The translations under genes were made by a program, and so were the position numbers. Below are positions 1 to 29,690 of a stretch of 64,000 nucleotides of DNA, piece by piece; the first letter of the stretch is position 1; each line of letters begins with the position of its first letter. Source of the DNA: the human T2T-CHM13v2.0 reference genome, Homo sapiens; the NCBI RefSeq assembly GCF_009914755.1, contig NC_060926.1, one strand, 5' to 3'. Under the pieces are notes generated by a model. It was given only the letters and a program-made list of their open reading frames with translations, did not search any database and was not told the DNA's origin.

Positions 1-145
1 GACGGCTTGTGACATTATTTACCTCTATGATCCCCTATTTTGGGACCATGATTTATTTGTCCTTCCTTCTATTCAACAACATTTACTGAGAAATTGGTAT
101 GTGGTTAGGCACCGTTCTAGTATCTGAAACAACAGGGTGAATAAA

Positions 146-935
<790 letters not shown>

Positions 936-1335
936 ATAGCAATGAACAAAATCAACAAAATCTGTAGCTTTGGCCCTTATATTCTAGGGGTGGAGGGAGA
1001 TGATAACTTTAAAAAGCAAATACAGACATTTATCTACATTATCTACAGAATACCTGACCAGTACTCCTCAAAAGTGTTAAATAAAGTTTAATAATTTTTT
1101 AAATTAAATATATATTAGGTGCTGATGAATGGCATCAAGAAAAAGCAGGAGTATCAGGCATGATGGCATTTGCATATGTTTCAGCTACTCAAGACACTGA
1201 GGTAGGAGGGTCACTTGAGCCCAGAAGGGTGAGGCCAGCCTGGTCAATATAATAGGATCATGTCTTTAAAAAAAAAAAAACAAAAACAAGTGCTATTTCT
1301 CGAACATAGTAAGGGTTTTGTCCTCCATGAGATAG

Positions 1336-1548
<213 letters not shown>

Positions 1549-2177
1549 TAGTAGAGACAGGGTTTCACCGTGTTACCCAGGATGATCTCAATCTCCTGAC
1601 CTCGGGATCTGCCCGCCTCGGCCTCCCTAAGTGCTGGGATTACAGATGTGAGCCACCGTGCCCGGCCCCCTTTTTTTTTTGGAAATAGAGTCTTGCTCTG
1701 TTGCCCAGGGTGGAGTGCGGTGGCGTGATCTCGGCTCCTGCAGCCTCCGCCTCCCAGGTCCAAGCTATTCTCCTGCCTCAGCCTCCCAAGTAGCTGGGAT
1801 TACAGGCACCTGCCACCACACCCGGCTAATTTTTGTATTTTTAGTAGAGATGGAGTTTCGTCATGTTGGCCAGGTTGGTCTCGAACCCCTGGCCTCAAGT
1901 GATCCACCCGCCTCGGCCTCCCAAAGTGCTGGGATTACAGGCATGAGCCACCGCGCCTGGACGGTCTCATAATTTCTAAATGGCATGTGTCTTTGCGGAG
2001 AGCCAGGGAAATTACTTGTTTCTTTTGTAAAGGAGCACAGTTTTTAGAGACAGACCTGGTCATTTGAATCTTGGCTTTACTACTGAAGAGATGTGTGATC
2101 TTCGGAAAATTGCCTGCCCTTTCTGAGCATCAGTTTCTTCATTGATTTCAGCCACTTTCAGTTTTGTTTGTTCATTT

Positions 2178-2553
2178 TGTTAAAAGAAAGACTTTAGACA
2201 AATTAAATTTAACAGAGTTTAATTGAGCAAAGAACGACTTGTGACTTGGTCAACCCCCAGAACAAGAAGAGGTACAGAGCAACTCCATGCTGCTGTGTGG
2301 TCAGAGAATTTATGGACAGAAAAAGAAAGTGACACACAGAAACAGCTGGATTGGTTACCCTGCAGCGTTTGCCTTATTTGAATAGGGTTCAAACATTTGG
2401 TTACCTTTGTTTGGCAAAACTTGGAGATTGGTACTGGAGTAGTTTGTAGCCTGTTTACACATCCCGTTAAGTTACAGTTTACCATGTGAAAAAGAAACCT
2501 TTAGGCAGAACTTAAAATATGTAGGAGGCAGCTTTAGGCTAAACTTAATTTAC
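2178..2553 (-). mobile_element. MER57B-type ERV1 solo LTR
   Basis: Minus strand begins aaattaagtttagcctaaagctgcctcc and ends ...ctttcttttaaca, matching the recalled MER57B consensus. Confidence 0.8.
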
Positions 2554-3338
2554 TGGGTTTTTTTGTTTGTTTGTTTTAAGCAGTGGAGCCATTTAAAAAA
2601 ACAATATGGCTTGCAAAATCTTGATGTATAAATAGATAAAAAGGAACTCTCTTGGGTTAGGGGGAGCTTAGAGAGTAAAGGGCAAGACCAGCTAGGCCTC
2701 TTTACTCTCTTTTACTATCCTATTCTAAGCAGTCCCCAGAGGATCTCTATAATCTGGGAGCTTCGCAGGGCAGTGTTTGAAGACCACTGTTCTAGACCAA
2801 AGGAATTGGCACAGCTTCACCAGCCCCTGGTCTTGGTCCATCATGCTCCAGGTCCTCACCTGTCCTTAGGTGCCAAGGGCCATAAGACAACCACCTACTG
2901 TTTAAGCAACTGAGAGCCAAGAGAGAAAGACCTTCTGCACCTCACCTTGTCCTGTACCCTCGTTTTTATTTCCAATCTAAGGACTTACTGTTTCTTCAGT
3001 GATTGGCACCAAGCATAACCTCACTCCTCAGGTGATTGTGCCTCCCACGTGTTTTCTGTTTCCTTTGCAAGGCCCTAACTCTTGGCATTTGGGTAGCAGC
3101 GGTGTGAGACAGGCAATGTGACCAGCAGTGAGGTATTTGAGGAGCATCTGATGAACTTCATCCATCTGAATTTCCCTGCCCTACAACTGAAGTTGTTAAT
3201 GCTGGGCACAGAATGGTGTAGGGCAGGTTCTTAACCATAAGGACCAGGAGGCAAAGAAAATCTAAAAGGTTTAACGGCACTCCATAAAAATGCATCAATC
3301 CAGATGAGTCGGTCAGAGAGGCAAAAACTTCTCATTAA

Positions 3339-4004
<666 letters not shown>

Positions 4005-4007
4005 TCA

Positions 4008-4606
<599 letters not shown>

Positions 4607-4828
4607 TAAGTAAGCCGGACTTTCATAAGACAGCAAACCTGCCAGCACCTTTACCTTGGGACCTCACAGCCTCCAGAACCCCACATAAGCTTCTACTGTT
4701 TACCCGGGTCTGTGGTATATTGTTATTGCCAGACAATGGCCTAAGACAAATGCTATAACCACTATTATTTTCTGAGCCCTTTTTCATGCATGGTCAAAGC
4801 AATTCCAAACTAGTATGTAACTATGTAA

Positions 4829-5405
<577 letters not shown>

Positions 5406-5582
5406 TAGCTAGGATGGTCTCGATCTCCTGACCTCATGATCTGCCCACCTCGGCCTCCCAAAGTGTTGGGATTATAGGTGTGAGCCACCACGCCCGACCA
5501 AAATCCAGCTTTTTAATGCTACAATTATGAGTATTAAACTTTCCCTGAGCTTAGCCATAATCCAATAGATAACGTTCCACTT

Positions 5583-6926
<1,344 letters not shown>

Positions 6927-7058
6927 ATTCTGTTTCTTTTCCTTTCTTTCTTTCTTTTCTTTTCTTTTTTTTTTTTTTTAGGAAAATAAAGAAAAGGCCT
7001 GGCGCAGTGGCTGACGCCTGTAATCCCAGCACTTTGGGAGGCCGAGGTGGGCGGATCA

Positions 7059-7388
<330 letters not shown>

Positions 7389-7837
7389 TTAAGTTGCATC
7401 TCGTTCACATTATTGGGCATGGTGGTTTAGACTCTGGGCCCTAGCGAGATCTCCTGAGGCTGGAAAATCAAGAAGGAGGGACTTTTTCTTAGAAAACCTG
7501 AAACCTTCCCTTTGGATGAGGCAGAGGTTAAAAACACCCACTCAGAAGCAGCTGAAATGGAGTCTCTCTAACCACTTTTCTTGGTGGAAGATCCTAACAT
7601 GTTCGGTAGGATTCTGAAGGTAGGGAGCAGATTTGCATAGAGCAGGAATCTTCACTACAGCCTGCCTGGAACTGGCCCCATCACTGATTTCTCCAATACA
7701 CTTCAGTGCCCACCCTAGGTTGTTTGATGGAAGATTAGCTTTAATTGTATAAAATGAGGCTGGGTGCCGTGGCTCAAGCCTATAATCCCAGCACTTGGGA
7801 GGCCGAGGTGGGTGGATCACCTGAGGTCAGGAGTTCA

Positions 7838-8107
<270 letters not shown>

Positions 8108-8483
8108 TCAGAACTTTATTTCTCTCCTAAGGAAAAAAATAGTTTTGAGGGAAATAAACTTCTGTCTTGTTTATTCTACTGTTATTTTGGACTTCATCTA
8201 TTATATGCCACTGAACCTAACTATTAGCGTTGCGTGGATTCCTTTTTTTAGAAATGGGGTCTCACTGTGTTACCTAGGCTGGTCTTGAATCCTGAGCTCA
8301 AGTGATCCGCTAGCCTTGGCCTCCCAAAGTGCTGGTTTTACTGGCGTGAGCCACTGCACCTGGCCTGTTGCATGGATTTCTAACAGCCTTCTTGGACCTG
8401 AGACAATGAATGAATGAAAGCAGACAAACAAGATTGAAGGAATCTAGATCCTGGATGACAATGGAGCTGTCATTGGCTTGTTA

Positions 8484-8825
<342 letters not shown>

Positions 8826-9697
8826 TCAAAAAAAAAACAGACAAACTTTTTTTTTATTAAAAATTTTTTTGTGTGTGGAGATGGGATCTCACCATGTTGC
8901 ACAGGCTGATCTTGAACTCTTGGCCTCCCAAAGTGTTGGAATCACAGGCCTGAGCCACTGCACCCAACTCCCTTCCTTCCTTTTAAGGAGACTACCCAGA
9001 AATACCATGTAATACTTCTACTTGCATTTCATTGGCTAGAAGTTGGTCAGATGGTATATCTAGCTTCTAGAGAGGGTGGGAAGTGCCTTTTAGCTAGTTA
9101 AATAGCTGCCTTAAATAAAATCAGGGTTATGTTGTTAAGAAGGAAGAGGAGAATGAATGTTGGAGTAAGCAACACATGCATAATAACCCTTGGGTAAGTG
9201 TTGACCTGTCACTCTGAAAGGATCCTGGGGGTGGTCCTACAGCTTCCAGCATGAGCTTGGAGATAAAAATGGAGCCACTGGCTGGGCACAGTGGCTCATG
9301 CCTGTAATCCTAGCACTTTGGGAGGTCAAGCCAGGAGGATCCCATGAGCCCAGGAGTTTGAGACCAGCCTGGGCATTATAGTGAGATCCCGTCTCTACAA
9401 AAATATTAAAAAATTACCCAGATGTGGTGAGGCAGATCTGTTGTCACAGCTACTCAGGAAGTTGAGGCAGGAAGATTGCTTGAGTCTGGGAGTTCGAGGC
9501 TGCAGTAAGCTATGTTCATGCCAGTGCCCTCCAGCCTGGGCAACAGTGAGACTCTCTCTCTCAAAAAAAAAAAAAGCCATAGAGCATTTACCCCACAACG
9601 GTCTCCCCCGGGCCATATGAAAATCGAGGGGTTAGGCTGGGCGCAGTTGCTCACACCTGTAATCCCAGCACTTTGGGAGGCTGAGATGGGTGGATCA

Positions 9698-9916
<219 letters not shown>

Positions 9917-10139
9917 TCAAAAATAAAGGAAAAAGAAAAAAAGAAAATGGAGGTGTTAGAGACCCTTTCCGAGGCAATCCTGCTTCAGTGATAATTGAGT
10001 GATTAGGAGTATATAGTGGAGGCTGGGCGTGGTGGCTCACGCCTGTAATCCCAGCACTTTGGGAGGCTGAGGCAGGCGGATCACGAGGTCAGGAGATGCA
10101 GGCCATCCTGGCTAACACGGTGAAACCCCGTCTCTACTA

Positions 10140-10490
<351 letters not shown>

Positions 10491-10787
10491 TCACAGTGAT
10501 ACAGCCTTAACCCTTAGTGTAAGCCCCAGGTTATGCCCATCCCTGTACAGCTGACCTCCTCCACATTCTACACCTGTTAGGACTCTGTAAACTCATCCCA
10601 GCATAGACACACCTCTGTCGTGTTCCTTCTAAAGATATTGGCCTGAATGTGGTCACTAAAAAACAACCAGTCAAGTCCAAGTTGGGGAACAAGCTACCTG
10701 AACTCTTTAAAAGTTATCAATGTTGGCCAGGTGCAGTGGCTCACACCTGTAATCCCAGCACTTTGGGAGGCCAAGGCGGGCAGATCA

Positions 10788-11088
<301 letters not shown>

Positions 11089-11456
11089 TTAGAAGAGGCT
11101 GAGGAGCTATGACAACGAAATGCATTGCGTAATCATTTATTGATCATAAATCAAAAAGAATATCACCTATCAGGGACATTATTCAGGAAATTGGAGCATT
11201 TTAATGGGGGCTATATGTTGGATGAAACTATGGAATGTTGAAATTCCTGGATGTGGTCATTCTTTTTAGAGTTTGTAGGAAAGTGTCTTTCTTCTTAGGA
11301 GATATATGTTGAGGTGATAGGGGGTGGAGTATCATGATATCTGTACCTGACTTCCGGGTAGTTCAGCAAATAACAATGATAATTTTGACAATAGGCCAGG
11401 CACAGTGGCTCATGCCTGTAATCCCAGCACTTTGGGTGGCCGAGGCAGGCAGATCA

Positions 11457-11723
<267 letters not shown>

Positions 11724-12044
11724 TCAATAAATGGAAAGATGAGCATATTGGCCAATCGGTAAGTATGGGTGATAGCTATATGGGTGTTCATTATCTTGTT
11801 CTTGTAACTTTTCTGTAGATTTGAGCTTTTTTAGGATAAAAAGTTTGGCAAAAATATGATAAATGTTAGGCCGGGTGCGGTGGCTCATGCCTGTAATCCC
11901 AGCACTTTGGGAGGCCAAGGCAAGCAGATCACCTGAGGTGAGGAGTTCGAGACCAGCCTGGCCAACATGGTGAAATGCCATCTCTACTAAAACTACAAAA
12001 ATTAGCTGGGCGTGGTAGTGGGCACCTGTAACTCCTGCTACTCA

Positions 12045-12516
<472 letters not shown>

Positions 12517-12638
12517 TGAAAAAAATGTTATAAGTGTTTCAATGTATGAAGCTTTTTTCCCTCTCTGTGCCTAAAATTATTTCTTTAGGTTAGTTCCTTA
12601 GTTTGTCAGGAGTAGAATTACGGGGTAAAAGAATATTG

Positions 12639-13010
12639 TGTATTAGTCCATTCTCATACTGCTATAAGGACATACCCGAGACTGGATAATTTATAAAGGA
12701 AAGAGGTTTAATTGACTTACAGTTCCGCAGGGCTGGGGAGGCTTCAGGAAACTTACAGTCATGGAAGGGGAAAAAAACAAGTCCTTCTTCACAGGGCAGC
12801 AGGAGAGAGAAGAATGAGAGCTGAGCAAAGGGGGAAGCCCCTTATAAAATCATCAGATCTCGTGAGAACTTACTATCACGAGAATAGCATGGGGGAAACT
12901 GCCCCCACGATTAAATCACCTCCCACCAGGTCCCTCTCACCACATGCGGGGATTATGGGACCTACAATTCAAGATGAGATTTGGGTGGGGACACAGCAAA
13001 ACCATTATCA
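12639..13010 (-). mobile_element. THE1-family (MaLR) solo LTR
   Basis: tgtattagtccattctcatactgctataaggacatacccgagactgg...gatgagatttgggtggggacacag; attg on both flanks. Confidence 0.88.
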
Positions 13011-13151
13011 ATTGTAAAGCTTTTTTTTTTTTTTTTTTTTTTGAGACAGGGTCTTGCTTTGTCTCCCGGGCTAGAATGCAGTGGTGTGATCTCAGCTCAC
13101 TGCAGCCTCAACTGCCTGGACTCAAGTGATCCTCCCACCTCAGCCTCCTGA

Positions 13152-13322
<171 letters not shown>

Positions 13323-13982
13323 TAAAGCTCTTGATAAGCTACACTCTAAATTCCTTAAGGAAATGGCCTGTGGTTTCCTGAGAACATATCTCTCTTCCTG
13401 CTGTAGAATGGCTTCTTCTGCTCAGCTAGAAACTCCTCTGCCACCAGAAAGAAGCTGCACCTTCCTCCCTCTCTCTGGCTGGAAATTTTTAAATAACGGG
13501 GGAGGGATCTGATGGATCCAGTGCATCACAGGCCCTGTCCAATCACCAGGAGTTGAGTCAGGTGAAGGAGGTGGGGGCCCATTACAGCCAATAGTGGGCA
13601 TTAACTTTGTAGATTTTTTTTTTTTTTTTTTTTGTAGACAGGGTCTCACTCTGTCACTCAGGGTGTGGTGCAATGGCAGGATCATAGCTCACTGCAGCCT
13701 CAAACTCTTAAGCTCAAGTGACTCTCCTGCCTTAGCCTCCTGAGTAGGTAGAACTACAGGCACATGCCACCACACCCAGCTAATTTAAAACATTTTTTGT
13801 AGAGATGGGGTCTTCTATGTTGCCCAAGCTGGTCTTGAACTCCTGGTCTCAAGCAATCCTCCTGCCTTGGCCTCCCAAAGAGTTGGGATTAGACATAAGC
13901 CACAATACCCAGGCTGTAAATACCCTTGACAGGGGAAAATGATCTGTCTATATTTTGAAAAAGTATTTTCCCTTTGTCATTA

Positions 13983-14345
<363 letters not shown>

Positions 14346-14379
14346 TCAGTAAACAATTCAATGCACGAATTTTGTACTA

Positions 14380-15127
<748 letters not shown>

Positions 15128-15842
15128 TAGAGTCCTGTGCCATTCAGTAACCTTGTTTCAGTCACAGTAGCAATTGATTAGGTTATAGCTGTCAGTATAT
15201 CCCTTCCAGTCCTAAGGATATGCTCCAGCCTCTTGCTGGGATTTAGGTTATTTCCCAAGTCTTCTCAGTAATACCTATTCAAACCACTTCTTCCCTTCAG
15301 TCTCTTGTCCAGATGGCTACTGTCAATTAGAGAGGGCTCTGTGGCTGTGAACAATGGAAGCCTGCTCAGGCCAGGAATACTGAACCCATGGGCCCAAAAA
15401 CCAGCCTCAGGAGGGATTGAAATCTAGAACTAGAGGGTTGTGAGGAGCCAAGGCAGCAGTTTTCTGGGCTTTTCAGTGTGTGTGCTGTCTCCTTTCTGGA
15501 ACTACACTGATAATCCCTGCTTTATTCTGCTTTCTTTGCAAATGGGTTTGCTCTATGCCTAGATCAAGTATAGACTCACAAGTCTCCACTCCATTCCCAG
15601 ACTCTTGAGTAACTGACCCATAGGAGTCAGGGGTCTTCCCGTACGCCAGTCAGCTAGGGACAGGGGAGCGGGGTCCCAAATAATACACATGGCCCTGAGC
15701 CCATCTCTGCGAAGGGGATGGGAATGTGGGTGAGTTATCAGACAATGCAAGTCGTGGGCTTTCTGTTACGTTATAATCCTATGGAGAACTTCTTGTTATA
15801 GATACCCATATGTGAAGAAAAGACTGGTACTGAATACCAAGG

Positions 15843-16400
<558 letters not shown>

Positions 16401-16404
16401 ATTA

Positions 16405-18365
<1,961 letters not shown>

Positions 18366-18512
18366 CAGCTGGCATTTTGACAACCAGCTAATATCTGACC
18401 TTAAACAGCCCATTCTTTGAACAACATAATTGTTTGTTTAGGACTCACAAAGTTTAGTGGCCTCCAGCATTCCAAGTCCAGGTGATGAGAGCTGCAGAAA
18501 ACAGCTCAGTCA

Positions 18513-19061
<549 letters not shown>

Positions 19062-19930
19062 CTACCTCATTAGATAAAATGTGTAAAGCTTCTAGTTTAG
19101 TGCCTGGCACATGGCAGGTTTTCAAGAGGGTTTAAAGTTGACACATCGTTTTCAATAGATTGCATGATGTGTACCTTAAAGAAGCTTGGGATACAAAAGC
19201 AGATAGCTTACATACATGGATGGACATTGAGGCTCATGGATTTCAGACTGAGGTTCAGGTTAAGATTCCTGATTAAGCCCTGACCTGAGATCTCCATACT
19301 TCCTACTGTGCCACGCTGCAGTTGGAAGGCCTTCAGACTGGAAATTCTGGTTATTGAAATTCTCTTAAGATGGGTATCTGGAACGTGCCTTCCCAGAAAG
19401 ATTTCAAGAAATGAAAGACAGGCTCCGCGTTAACACTAATCGCAATGATAATGGTACTATTTAAAAGCAGCTTCCCTAAGCCACTCCTGAAAGGGCAATT
19501 GGCTGATCCGGGAATTCACTCTTTAGATAACCTGGTAGGGAAGGGAAGGAGGGAGGGAGGACCTTAGATTTTTAATAAGAAACCATTAACTTCAGCTAAC
19601 AGCAATAACAATGGAGGCGCCTGGTGACTGCTGGCACTTAAAATATAAATGGAAAACACAGGGCACCTCGGATTTCTCCATTGTTACATGCTAATGAAGT
19701 GGCTCCACTCAAACAAAGGCCCCAGGAGAAATTAGTGGAGGGTGTGGCCTGGCCCCACACTGAGGAAGAAGCCTGTGTAGGATGCTGGCAATCTCGGTTC
19801 CAGAATTAGGATGTCCTTGTCTGCTCTACTTGGTTTTCTGACCCTGAGTGTCCCTGGACCTGTTTCTTTCAGTAAAATGTGTATAATCAAATCCAGGGGT
19901 GGTCATCCCCTGCCATCTAACCTGGCAACT

Positions 19931-20164
19931 TTGGTCATCCTTTTTCTAATCAAACCAAAAAGAACTGAAAAAAATTACTTGCAGTTTCCTATGTGCACTC
20001 CATCTAGAGGCATTTCTAGTTGGTCACTTTTTTCTAGTCAAACTAGAGGCGTTTCTAGGTTGGTCATTCCTAGTTGGTCATCTTTTTTCCTGGTCAAACA
20101 AAAAAGAACTGAAAAAAATTACTTAGAGTTTCCTACATGCACTCTATTTAGAGGCATTTCCTGG
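19931..20164. repeat. Complex tandem duplication of an ~90-bp unit with shuffled junction fragments
   Basis: 19931-20019 matches 20074-20164; the intervening 54 bp is built from pieces of the same unit. Confidence 0.9.
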
Positions 20165-20593
20165 TTTTATTCCTTACGCATGTTGCAAGACTGCACCCAG
20201 CATCCGTGTTCATATAATCTGTGGCGGTAACAGAAGGGGTCTCTATTCTCAATGTCTCACATTTTGGTAGGAAATAGGACATGTGGGCAGACAGGAGGAT
20301 GAATGTGATCAGGGTGGGACATGCAGGCAAATAACGATACAATGTGGCAGAATGAGACACTTGTCACAGGGATCTTATTGCTAGAGCTTTACAGAGGTGG
20401 TAAGAAACTGCGTAGGGAGCTAGCAGGGGCTAATCTGCCAGGCTTCACGAGGATGTGGACTTTAAACTGCAGAGGTTCCCCCCACTACTCTCTGATGACT
20501 ACAGTCTATGGAGGAACTTTATAAAATACAGATTCCCTGGCCCCTCCCCCAGAGACAGATTTTGTAGGTCTAGGGTGGAGTCTGGAAGTCTAC

Positions 20594-21267
<674 letters not shown>

Positions 21268-21781
21268 CGACTAAGAAAAATAAGATAAACTGCCCTGTGG
21301 TCCTGACTTAGCTATTGTTACAGGTGCATACTCCTAAATTAGGTTTTCAATCTTGTCTATCTATTAAGCTAGGTTGCAGTTCGTCCACGAGGACTCAAAT
21401 AAAGAAGTACGGAGTCCTTCTAAGGCCATATTTAGTTAGCTTTAAAGCTACTATGAAAAATAAGATAAGCTGCCCTGTGGTCCTGATGGTCAGCCCAGTT
21501 TGGAGGCCACCCATACAGTAGAGAGGCAACCCCAAATAACCCGTGACATTACAATCATCCCCTCTTATCCGTGGTTTTGTTTTCTGAGGTTTTAGTTAAC
21601 CTGAGGTCTAAAAATATTAAAGGGGGCCGGGCGCGCTGGCTCATGCCTGGAATCCCAGCACTTTGGGAGGCTGAGAGGGGCAGATTGCTTGAGGTCAGGA
21701 ATTCGAGACCAGCCAGGCCAACATGGCAAAACCCTGTCTCTACAAAAAATACAAAAAATTAGCGGAGCTTGGTGGTACTCA

Positions 21782-21967
<186 letters not shown>

Positions 21968-21970
21968 TCA

Positions 21971-22378
<408 letters not shown>

Positions 22379-22533
22379 TCACGCCTGTAATCCCAGCACT
22401 TTGGGAGGCTGAGGCAGGCAGATCACCTGAGGTCAGGAGATCAAGACCAGCGTGACCAACATGGAGAAACCCCATTTCTACTAAAAATACAAAATTAGCT
22501 GGGCGTGGTCGTGCATGCCTGTAATCCCAGCTA

Positions 22534-22641
<108 letters not shown>

Positions 22642-22644
22642 TTA

Positions 22645-23310
22645 AAATATATATATAATATATATATGTATATAATATATTATATTTGTATATATTATAT
22701 ATGTATACGTATATAATATATTATATATTATATACGTGTACGTATATATGTAATATATAATGTATATGTACACGTATATAATATATAATATATTATATAC
22801 GTATACGTATACATTATATATTACATATATACGTATATACGTATATAAAATATATGTATATATTATATATACGTATATAATATATATTATATAATATATA
22901 ATATATACGTATACATATAATATATATACATATTATATATTATATATTTAAATTATATATTATATATACATATATAATATATATGATATAATATATAATA
23001 TACATATATTACATAATATATATTATATACATATACATATATAATATATAATATATTATATACATATACATATATAATATATAATATATTATATACATAT
23101 ACATATATAATATATAATATATTATATACATATACATATATAATATATAATATATTATATACATATACATATATAATATATAATATATTATATACATATA
23201 CATATATAATATATAATATATTATATACATATACATATATAATATATAATATATTATATATACATATTATATATTATATATTTAAATTATATATTATATA
23301 TGTATATAAT
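22645..23310. repeat. AT-rich mini/microsatellite including ~7 copies of a 33-bp unit
   Basis: TATTATATACATATACATATATAATATATAATA repeated from 23021 to ~23255. Confidence 0.95.
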
Positions 23311-24151
23311 GGAAAATTCCAGAAACAAATAATTCAGAAGTTTTAAATTGTGTGTAGCTCTGAGTAACATGAAATCTTGGGCCACCCAACTCCGTCCCAC
23401 TGTAAGATGAAATCCTGTGCCACCCAACTCCGTCCCACCTGGCACATGCATCCTCCCTTCCTCCAGTGTATCCAGGCTGTACCTGCTCATTAGTCACTTA
23501 GTAGCCTTCTTGCTGATCAGATTGATTGTTGCTGTATCACAGCACTTGTGTTCAAGGAACACTTATTTTACCTAATATTGGCTCCAAAGCACAAGAATAA
23601 TGGTGCTGGCAATTCAGATATGCCAAAGAGCAGCCATAAAGTATTTCCTTTAAGTGAAAAGGTGAAAGTTCTCAGCTTACTAAGGAAAGAAAAAAACTGC
23701 AAGCTGAGGTTGCTAAGATCTACCATAAGAACAAATCTTATAGCTATGAAATTGTTAAGAAGGAAAAATAAATTCATGCTGGTTTTGCTGTCACACCTCA
23801 ACCTGCAAAAATTATGGCCACAGTGCATGATAATTGCTTAGTTAAGATGGAAAAAGCATTAAATTTGTGGGTGGAAGACATTAACAGAAATGTGTTCTGA
23901 CTGCTAGCAATCAAGTTCAGTACTATCCTTGGTTTCAGCATCCACTGGGGGTCTTGGAAAGCATCTCCGAAGATAAGGTGGGATTACTGTACAATACAGT
24001 AGTGTAATGGAGGTGTTAGTGCTCTGGGGAGGAGGTTTTGTATATGCTGAGGGGTTCACCCAATGGAGCAGCAGAAGGAAGGAGGTCAGGTTGTGGAAAT
24101 GTGGGTGCAAGGCTTAGGCCAAGGAAAGCTCACGTCCTGCTCAAGGAGCTA

Positions 24152-24613
<462 letters not shown>

Positions 24614-24614
24614 C

Positions 24615-24649
<35 letters not shown>

Positions 24650-24805
24650 ATTAAAATTTATGATAGAATAGTAGATGAAGAAGACTTTCTCTCCAAAACA
24701 GCTTTGAGCTCGGGTCATTCATTTGATCAGTGAATATTTCTTTTTTTTGTTTGTTTGTTTGTTTGTTTTTTGAGACGAAGTCTTGCTCTGTCGCCCAGGC
24801 TGTAG

Positions 24806-24985
<180 letters not shown>

Positions 24986-26294
24986 TGAGGTAAACCACCT
25001 GCCTCAGCCTCCCAAAGTGCTGGGATTACAGGCCTGAGTCACCACGCTGGCTTTATTTCTCAAGTATCTTCTATCTGCCAGGTGTGCCCTTGAGGAGACT
25101 GCAGTACATAAAACAGACAGACATGCCTCTTCTCAAAGAGCTTACATTTTAGTGGGAAAAACATATTGTAAGTACAATATATGGTATGTCAGGTGTGTTA
25201 TGGAGAGGAATAAAGCGGGAGAGAGTGACACAGAGTGCTGGGGAGTTGAGCAGATATTACAATGTTAAATAGGATGGGAAGGGAAGACTGCACTGAGGAG
25301 GTAATTTTTTTTTTCTTTTTGAGATGGAGTTTCGCTCTGGAGTGCAGTGGTGCGATCTCGGCTCACTGCAACCTCCGCCTCCTGGGTTGAAGCAATTCTC
25401 TGCCTCAGTCTCCAGAGTAGCTGGGATTACAGGCACCCGCCACCACGCCTGGCTAATTTTTTGTATTTTTAGTAGAGACGGGGTTTCACCATGTTGGCCA
25501 AGATGGTCTCGATCTCTTGACCTCTTGATCCACCCACCTCGGCCTCCCAAAGTGCTGGGATTACAAGTGTGAGCCACCGTGCCTGGCCTGTTTGTTTTTT
25601 AATAGAGATGAGGTCTCCCTATATTGCCCAGGCTGGTATCAAATTCCTGGGCTCAAGCAGTCCTCCCACCTCTGCCTCCCAAAGTGGGAGATGTATTTGA
25701 GCTGTCAAGCCGGTGAGGGAAGTTTGGGGTGAAGCAGAATTGCAAAGGCCCTGAGACTGGTGTGTGCCTGGCATGTCTAGGGAATAATCAGACCAGTGTG
25801 GCTGCGCAGCAGTGAGCTGGTAAAGAGATAAAGGCCACAGCCGAGAAGTAAGGGGAGAGGTATGAATCAGATGGGATTTGGTTATTCCTTCCTGCCCTTT
25901 CTTAGATAAATTAATGAATAATACAAGTGAATCTGAGCTCATCAGCAAATTTAGAGCAGACTATGAAGATGCTTGTCTTAAAACTTTCTCTCACTTGGAC
26001 TATTGAAAAGGCTTTTTAAAACTAGACTCCTAGCCCCAGGGGGTGGTGGCTAAAGCCTGTAAGTAATCCCAACACTTTGGGAAGTGAGGTGAGAGGATCC
26101 CTTGAGCCCAGGAGTTTGAGGCTGCAATAAACGCCCAGATGGCACCACTGCACTACCACCTGGGTGATGGAAGAGACTCCTTGTCCAAAAAAAAAAAAAA
26201 AGAAGAAGAAGAAGAAAAAGAAAAAAGAAAGGGCCAGGCGTGGTGGCTCATGCCTGTAATTCCAGCATTTTGTGAGGCCGAGGTGGGCGGATCA

Positions 26295-26693
<399 letters not shown>

Positions 26694-26768
26694 TTAGGCT
26701 GGGTGGGCCGGGCGCAGTGGCTCAAGCCTGTAATCCCAGCACTTTGGGAGGCCAAGGTGGGCAGATCA

Positions 26769-27318
<550 letters not shown>

Positions 27319-27514
27319 CTAATTTCTTGAAAAGCATCATGCATACTTGAGACTTCTTTGAAATGAGTACCTGAAATGAGCTGAGATTGTGCCACTGCAG
27401 TCCAGCCTGGGCGACAGAGCAAGACTCCATCTCAAAAAAAAAAAAAAAAGAAAAAAAACGAAAGAAAGAAAGAAGGAAGAAGAAAAAAAAAACAAAACAA
27501 AAAACTAGTTATCA

Positions 27515-27820
<306 letters not shown>

Positions 27821-28466
27821 TTATCTATTCATGCCTACCTCTCCTCTTCCATTGGATGGTGAACTCCTTGAGTCCCAGAACTCCGTTTCATTTATCAAGG
27901 TAACCTAGACTATGGTGCTCGATGTAAGAATCACAATAAGTGTTGAACTGAGTTGAACTGATGCATTTGTATTTTCTGCAGTTATTTCCTTTTCTTTCCT
28001 AAATTCTGATAAAAGTTAATTTGGAAAATGTCAGCCTGTCTCAGCTGTTCTTAGAGGAAAGAAGGAAAAGGGCACTTGTTCATGCAGAGACTGAGAAAAA
28101 GCACATCCCTGGGGGCCAGGGATAGTGACTGCTGTTGAGATGCAAGTGAGGGACCCCACAGGGAGGGAAAAAAAACAGCAGGGAAAGCCAGCCCGGATGA
28201 CAGCTGTTTCTTTCTACATGAAAATCTCCTTTTGAGATCTCCTCTTTCCTCAAATCTGGAGGGTGGTGGATATTCTAAATAGAGGGACATGCTCCCTCAC
28301 AGCCTCTCTGAGAAGGGTCTCCCCAGTGTTTGTGTGCAGCAGGTGGAGGTCAGCTTCCTGATTGGAACCTGTATCAGGTGGGATGGGAAGAATCACTACC
28401 AGAGGATGGGTTCATGGCTGCCTGACACCCTACTACCCTTCTTCCAGCTGATTAAAAGGATAATGG

Positions 28467-29690
<1,224 letters not shown>

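Noticed and set aside
23009-23236. Repetitive [14 protein letters not shown] / CRISPR-like periodicity
   Set aside because: Translation of the 33-bp AT minisatellite; no unique spacers, and the context is human.
23548-23841. Possible domesticated Tigger transposase ORF
   Set aside because: Short decayed N-terminal remnant within a non-autonomous MER44 element.
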